A stretch of DNA of 16,764 nt from IMG/VR virus record IMGVR_UViG_2684622772_000002, one strand, 5' to 3'. Below are positions 11,707-16,764 of the stretch, piece after piece (within the stretch, counting starts at the first letter, position 1; each line of letters begins with the position of its first letter). The translations under genes and the position numbers were made by a program. This DNA is from a virus. Lineage: Duplodnaviria; Heunggongvirae; Uroviricota; Caudoviricetes. The notes beneath the pieces are model-generated. The model was given only the letters and a program-made list of their open reading frames with translations. It was not told where the DNA came from and did not search any database.

Positions 11707-14260
11707 ACCGGTAGGCGATCTGGTCGTTGATTTGAGTCTGGATGCGGCCAGATTTGACGAGCAGATGGCCAGAGTCAGGCGTCATTTTTCCGGTACGGAA
11801 AGTGATGCGAAAAAAACAGCGGCAGTCGTTGAACAGTCGCTGAGCCGACAGGCGCTGGCTGCACAGAAAGCGGGGATTTCCGTCGGGCAGTATAAAGCCG
11901 CCATGCGTATGCTGCCTGCACAGTTCACCGACGTGGCCACGCAGCTTGCAGGGGGGCAGAATCCCTGGCTGATCCTGCTGCAACAGGGTGGTCAGGTTAA
12001 GGACTCCTTCGGCGGGATGATCCCCATGTTCAGGGGGCTTGCCGGCGCGATCACCCTGCCGATGGTGGGGGCCACCTCGCTGGCGGTGGCGACCGGTGCG
12101 CTGGCGTATGCCTGGTATCAGGGCAACTCAACCCTGTCCGATTTCAACAAAACGCTGGTCCTTTCCGGTAATCAGGCGGGACTGACGGCAGATCGTATGC
12201 TGGTCCTGTCCAGAGCCGGGCAGGCGGCAGGGCTGACGTTTAACCAGACCAGCGAGTCACTCAGCGCACTGGTTAAGGCGGGGGTAAGCGGTGAGGCTCA
12301 GATTGCGTCCATCAGCCAGAGTGTGGCGCGTTTCTCCTATGCATCCGGCGTGGAGGTGGACAAGGTCGCTGAAGCCTTCGGGAAGCTGACCACAGACCCG
12401 ACGTCGGGGCTGACGGCGATGGCACGCCAGTTCCATAACGTGACGGCGGAGCAGATTGCGTATGTTGCTCAGTTGCAGCGTTCCGGCGATGAAGCCGGGG
12501 CATTGCAGGCGGCGAACGAGGCCGCAACGAAAGGGTTTGATGACCAGACCCGCCGCCTGAAAGAGAACATGGGCACGCTGGAGACCTGGGCAGACAGGAC
12601 TGCACGTGCATTCAAATCCATGTGGGATGCGGTGCTGGATATTGGTCGTCCTGATACCGCGCAGGAGATGCTGATTAAGGCAGAGGCTGCGTTTAAGAAA
12701 GCAGACGACATCTGGAATCTGCGCAAGGATGATTATTTCGTTAACGATGAAGCACGGGCGCGTTACTGGGATGATCGTGAAAAAAAACGCCTGGAGCGGG
12801 ATGCAGCCCAAAAGAGGGTAGATCAACAGCGTCAACAGGACAAAAATGCGCAGCAGCAGAGCGATACCGAAGCGTCACGGCTGAAATATACCGAAGAGGC
12901 GCAGAAGGCTTACGAACGGCTGCAGACGCCGCTGGAGAAATATACCGCCCGTCAGGAAGAACTGAACAAGGCACTGAAAGACGGAAAAATCCTGCAGGCA
13001 GATTACAACACGCTGATGGCGGCGGCGAAAAAGGATTATGAAGCGACGCTGAAAAAGCCGAAACAGTCCGGCGTGAAGGTGTATGCGGGCGATCGTCAGG
13101 AAGACAGTGCTCATGCGGCCCTGCTGACGCTTCAGGCAGAACTCCGGACGCTGGAGAAGCATGCCGGAGCGAATGAGAAAATCAGCCAGCAGCGCCGGGA
13201 TTTGTGGAAGGCAGAAAGTCAGTTCGCGGTACTGGAGGAGGCGGCACAACGTCGCCAGCTGTCCGCACAGGAGAAATCCCTGCTGGCGCATAAAGACGAG
13301 ACGCTGGAGTACAAACGCCAGCTGGCTGCACTTGGTGACAAGGTTACGTATCAGGAGCACCTGAATGCGCTGGCGCAGCAGGCGGATAAATTCGCACAGC
13401 AGCAACGGGCAAAACGGGCAGCCATTGATGCGAAAAACCGGGGGCTGACTGACCGGCAGGCAGCGCGGGAAGCCACGGAACAGCGCCTGAAGGAACAGTA
13501 TGGCGATAATCCTCTGGCGCTGAATAACGTCATGTCAGAGCAGAAAAAGACCTGGGCGGCTGAAGACCAGCTTCGCGGGAGCTGGATGGCAGGCCTGAAG
13601 TCCGGCTGGAGTGAGTGGGAAGAGAGCGCCACGGACAGTATGTCACAGGTTAAAAGTGCAGCCACGCAGACCTTTGATGGTATTGCACAGAATATGGCGG
13701 CGATGCTGACCGGCAGTGAACAGAACTGGCGCAGCTTCACCCGCTCCGTGCTGTCCATGATGACAGAAATTCTGCTTAAGCAGGCAATGGTGGGGATTGT
13801 CGGGAGTATCGGCAGCGCCATTGGCGGGGCTGTTGGTGGCGGCGCATCCGCGTCAGGTGGTACAGCCATTCAGGCCGCTGCGGTGAAATTCCATTTTGCA
13901 ACCGGGGGATTTACGGGAACCGGCGGCAAATATGAGCCAGCGGGGATTGTTCACCGTGGTGAATTTGTCTTCACGAAGGAGGCAACCAGCCGGATTGGCG
14001 TGGGGAATCTCTACCGGCTGATGCGCGGCTATGCGGAAGGTGGTTATGTGGGCGGTGCCGGAAGTCCGGCGCAGATGCGGCGGGCTGAAGGCATTAATTT
14101 TAATCAGAACAATCACGTGGTGATTCAGAACGACGGTACGAATGGTCTGCCAGGTCCACAGATGATGAAGGCCGTGTATGACATGGCCCGCAAGGGTGCC
14201 CGTGATGAAATTCAGACACAGATGCGTGATGGTGGCCTGTTCTCCGGAGGTGGACGATGA
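11699..14260 (+). CDS. H: Tail tape measure protein (853 aa)
   Basis: Same length as lambda gpH, with matching N-terminus (MAEPVGDLVVDLSLDAARFDEQMARVRRHFSGTESDAKKTAAVVEQ...) and Gly-rich C-terminal region. Start overlaps the T stop. Confidence 0.96.
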   Translation: MAEPVGDLVVDLSLDAARFDEQMARVRRHFSGTESDAKKTAAVVEQSLSRQALAAQKAGISVGQYKAAMRMLPAQFTDVATQLAGGQNPWLILLQQGGQVKDSFGGMIPMFRGLAGAITLPMVGATSLAVATGALAYAWYQGNSTLSDFNKTLVLSGNQAGLTADRMLVLSRAGQAAGLTFNQTSESLSALVKAGVSGEAQIASISQSVARFSYASGVEVDKVAEAFGKLTTDPTSGLTAMARQFHNVTAEQIAYVAQLQRSGDEAGALQAANEAATKGFDDQTRRLKENMGTLETWADRTARAFKSMWDAVLDIGRPDTAQEMLIKAEAAFKKADDIWNLRKDDYFVNDEARARYWDDREKKRLERDAAQKRVDQQRQQDKNAQQQSDTEASRLKYTEEAQKAYERLQTPLEKYTARQEELNKALKDGKILQADYNTLMAAAKKDYEATLKKPKQSGVKVYAGDRQEDSAHAALLTLQAELRTLEKHAGANEKISQQRRDLWKAESQFAVLEEAAQRRQLSAQEKSLLAHKDETLEYKRQLAALGDKVTYQEHLNALAQQADKFAQQQRAKRAAIDAKNRGLTDRQAAREATEQRLKEQYGDNPLALNNVMSEQKKTWAAEDQLRGSWMAGLKSGWSEWEESATDSMSQVKSAATQTFDGIAQNMAAMLTGSEQNWRSFTRSVLSMMTEILLKQAMVGIVGSIGSAIGGAVGGGASASGGTAIQAAAVKFHFATGGFTGTGGKYEPAGIVHRGEFVFTKEATSRIGVGNLYRLMRGYAEGGYVGGAGSPAQMRRAEGINFNQNNHVVIQNDGTNGLPGPQMMKAVYDMARKGARDEIQTQMRDGGLFSGGGR

Positions 14261-14586
14261 AAACCTTCCGCTGGAAAGTGAAACCCGGTATGGATGTGGC
14301 TTCGGCCCCTTCTGTAAGAAAGGTGCGCTTTGGTGATGGCTATTCCCAGCGAGCGCCTGCCGGGCTGAATGCCAACCTGAAAACGTACAGCGTGACGCTT
14401 TCTGTCCCCCGTGAGGAGGCCATGGTACTGGAGTCGTTTCTGGAAGAGCACGGGGGCTGGAAAGCCTTTCTGTGGACGCCGCCTTATGAGTGGCGGCAGA
14501 TAAAGGTGACCTGCGCAAAATGGTCGTCGCGGGTCAGTATGCTGCGTGTTGAGTTCAGCGCAGAGTTTGAACAGGTGGTGAACTGA
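14257..14586 (+). CDS. M: Tail tip assembly protein (109 aa)
   Basis: Same length and position as lambda gpM (MKTFRWKVKPGMDVASAPSVRKVRFGDGYSQRAPAGLNANLKTYSVTLSVPREE...). Overlaps the H stop and the L start. Confidence 0.94.
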   Translation: MKTFRWKVKPGMDVASAPSVRKVRFGDGYSQRAPAGLNANLKTYSVTLSVPREEAMVLESFLEEHGGWKAFLWTPPYEWRQIKVTCAKWSSRVSMLRVEFSAEFEQVVN

Positions 14587-15171
14587 TGCAGGATATCCGG
14601 CAGGAAACACTGAATGAATGCACCCGTGCGGAGCAGTCGGCCAGCGTGGTGCTCTGGGAAATCGATCTGACAGAGGTCGGTGGAGAACGTTATTTTTTCT
14701 GTAATGAGCAGAACGAAAAAGGTGAGCCGGTCACCTGGCAGGGGCGACAGTATCAGCCGTATCCCATTCAGGGGAGTGGTTTTGAACTGAATGGCAAAGG
14801 CACCAGTACGCGCCCCACGCTGATGGTTTCTAACCTGTACGGTATGGTCACCGGGATGGCGGAAGATCTACAGAGTCTGGTCGGCGGAACGGTGGTCCGG
14901 CGTAAGGTTTACGCCCGTTTTCTGGATGCGGTGAACTTCGTCAACGGAAACAGTGACGCCGATCCGGAGCAGGAGGTGATCAGCCGCTGGCGCATTGAGC
15001 AGTGCAGCGAACTGAGCGCGGTGAGTGCCTCTTTTGTACTGTCCACGCCGACGGAAACAGATGGCGCTGTTTTTCCGGGACGTATCATGCTGGCCAACAC
15101 CTGCACCTGGACCTATCGCGGCGATGAGTGCGGTTATCACGGTCCGGCGGTCGCGGATGAATATGACCAGC
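14586..15171 (+). CDS. L: Tail tip assembly protein L, 3' end lost in the assembly gap
   Basis: MQDIRQETLNECTRAEQSASVVLWEIDLTEVGGERYFFCNEQNEKGEPVTWQGRQYQPYPIQGSGFELNGKG... matches lambda gpL for 195 residues up to ...GPAVADEYDQ, then runs into the N-run. About 37 codons are missing. Confidence 0.9.
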
Positions 15172-15455
15172 NNNNNNNNNNNNNNNNNNNNNNNNNNNNN
15201 NNNNNNNNNNNNNNNNNNNNNNNNNNNNNNNNNNNNNNNNNNNNNNNNNNNNNNNNNNNNNNNNNNNNNNNNNNNNNNNNNNNNNNNNNNNNNNNNNNNN
15301 NNNNNNNNNNNNNNNNNNNNNNNNNNNNNNNNNNNNNNNNNNNNNNNNNNNNNNNNNNNNNNNNNNNNNNNNNNNNNNNNNNNNNNNNNNNNNNNNNNNN
15401 NNNNNNNNNNNNNNNNNNNNNNNNNNNNNNNNNNNNNNNNNNNNNNNNNNNNNNN
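15172..15455. other. Assembly gap: run of 284 N
   Basis: Contiguous N characters in the sequence. They replace the end of L, the L-K spacer and the start of K. Confidence 0.99.
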
Positions 15456-16073
15456 CCGGAGGCGTATTTCCGTATGTCGCCGGAAGACTGGCTGCAGGCA
15501 GAGATGCAGGGTGAGATTGTGGCACTGGTCCACAGCCACCCCGGTGGTCTGCCCTGGCTGAGTGAGGCCGACCGGCGGCTGCAGGTGCAGAGTGATTTGC
15601 CGTGGTGGCTGGTCTGCCGGGGGGCGATTCACAAGTTCCGCTGTGTGCCACATCTTACCGGGCGGCGCTTTGAGCACGGGGTGACGGACTGTTACACGCT
15701 GTTCCGGGATGCTTACCATCTGGCGGGGATTGAGATGCCGGATTTTCATCGTGAGGATGACTGGTGGCGTCACGGTCAGAATCTCTATCTGGATAATCTG
15801 GAGGCCACAGGGCTGTATCAGGTGCCGTTGTCAGCGGCGCAGCCGGGCGATGTGCTGCTGTGCTGTTTTGGTTCATCGGTGCCGAATCATGCCGCCATTT
15901 ACTGTGGTGACGGCGAGCTGCTGCACCATATTCCTGAACAACTGAGCAAACGAGAGAGGTATACCGACAAATGGCAGCGACGCACACACTCCCTCTGGCG
16001 TCACCGGGCATGGCACGCATCTGCCTTTACGGGGATTTGCAACGATTTGGCCGCCGCATCGACCTTCGTGTGA
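15456..16073 (+). CDS. K: Tail tip protein K with JAMM/MPN and NlpC/P60-like motifs, 5' end lost in the gap
   Basis: ...SPEDWLQAEMQGEIVALVHSHPGGLPWLSEADRRLQVQSDLPWWLVCRG... matches lambda gpK from about residue 50 to its C-terminus. The HSH-x7-S-x2-D JAMM metalloprotease motif is present, and a Cys/His-containing region (VTDCYTLFRDAYH...) follows. Confidence 0.9.
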   Translation, partial: PEAYFRMSPEDWLQAEMQGEIVALVHSHPGGLPWLSEADRRLQVQSDLPWWLVCRGAIHKFRCVPHLTGRRFEHGVTDCYTLFRDAYHLAGIEMPDFHREDDWWRHGQNLYLDNLEATGLYQVPLSAAQPGDVLLCCFGSSVPNHAAIYCGDGELLHHIPEQLSKRERYTDKWQRRTHSLWRHRAWHASAFTGICNDLAAASTFV

Positions 16074-16642
16074 AAACGGGTGCCGAAGCCATCCGGGCGA
16101 TGGCCACACAGCTCCCTGCGTTTCGTCAGAAGCTGAGCGACGGCTGGTATCAGGTGCGTATTGCCGGGCAGGATGTTAGCACGTCCGGATTAACGGCACA
16201 GTTACATGAGGCTCTGCCTGACGGCGCTGTGATTCATATTGTTCCCAGAGTCGCCGGGGCCAAGTCAGGTGGTGTATTCCAGATTGTCCTGGGAGCAGCC
16301 GCCATTGCCGGATCATTCTTTACCGCCGGAGCCACCCTTGCAGCATGGGGGGCTGCCATTGGTGCCGGTGGTATGACCGGCATTCTGTTTTCTCTCGGTG
16401 CCAGTATGGTGCTCGGCGGTGTGGCTCAGATGCTGGCACCGAAAGCCAGAACTCCCCGCACACAGACAACGGATAACGGTAAGCAGAACACCTATTTCTC
16501 CTCACTGGATAACATGGTTGCCCAGGGCAATGTTATGCCTGTTCTGTATGGTGAAATGCGCGTGGGGTCACGTGTGGTATCTCAGGAGATCAGCACGGCA
16601 GACGAAGGGGACGGTGGTCAGGTTGTGGTGATTGGTCGCTGA
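15971..16642 (+). CDS. I: Tail tip assembly protein (223 aa)
   Basis: Same length as lambda gpI (MAATHTLPLASPGMARICLYGDLQRFGRRIDLRVKTGAEAIRAMATQLPAFRQKL...). It overlaps the end of K by 103 nt in another frame, as in lambda. Confidence 0.94.
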   Translation: MAATHTLPLASPGMARICLYGDLQRFGRRIDLRVKTGAEAIRAMATQLPAFRQKLSDGWYQVRIAGQDVSTSGLTAQLHEALPDGAVIHIVPRVAGAKSGGVFQIVLGAAAIAGSFFTAGATLAAWGAAIGAGGMTGILFSLGASMVLGGVAQMLAPKARTPRTQTTDNGKQNTYFSSLDNMVAQGNVMPVLYGEMRVGSRVVSQEISTADEGDGGQVVVIGR

Positions 16643-16702
16643 TGCAAAATGTTTTATGTGAAATCGCCTCCGGGCGGTTTTATCGTTTATGGAGCATGAC
16701 GA

Positions 16703-16764
16703 ATGGGTAAAGGCAGCAGTAAGGGGCATACCCCGCGCGAAGCGAAGGACAACCTGAAGTCCAC
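16703..16764 (+). CDS. J: Tail tip central fibre / host specificity protein J, first 20 codons only (truncated by the window end)
   Basis: The ATG at 16703, preceded by GGAG at 16691..16694, opens MGKGSSKGHTPREAKDNLKS, the N-terminus of lambda gpJ. Not in the ORF track because it runs off the window. Confidence 0.85.
   Translation, partial: MGKGSSKGHTPREAKDNLKS

Noticed and set aside
14586-16073. 495-aa ORF in the track
   Set aside because: It reads through 284 N (X residues). It is two genes, L and K, joined by an assembly gap.

Overview
This window is the cos site and almost the whole left (morphogenetic) arm of a lambda-like siphovirus, most likely a prophage in an enterobacterial draft assembly. 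From 1348 onward the plus strand carries the canonical lambda late operon in order: nu1, A, W, B, C with nested nu3, D, E, FI, FII, Z, U, V, G and the G-T frameshift product, H, M, L, K, I and the first 20 codons of J. Gene lengths and overlaps match lambda exactly for most genes, with a few percent amino-acid divergence, so this is a close relative rather than lambda itself; all homology calls rest on my recollection of lambda proteins, not on a search. An N-run (15172..15455) removes the 3' end of L, the L-K spacer and the 5' end of K, and produces a false 495-aa ORF in the track. The only part not explained by virion morphogenesis is 1..960, immediately upstream of cos: three leftward ORFs antisense to the late transcript, including a sharply AT-rich 141-aa ORF of unknown function and a 77-aa ribbon-helix-helix-like protein. 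That cassette is the best candidate for anything undescribed here, but it looks like a small moron, not a multi-gene system. I also flag a possible variant cosN core. No tRNA, rRNA, CRISPR array or transposase was seen.
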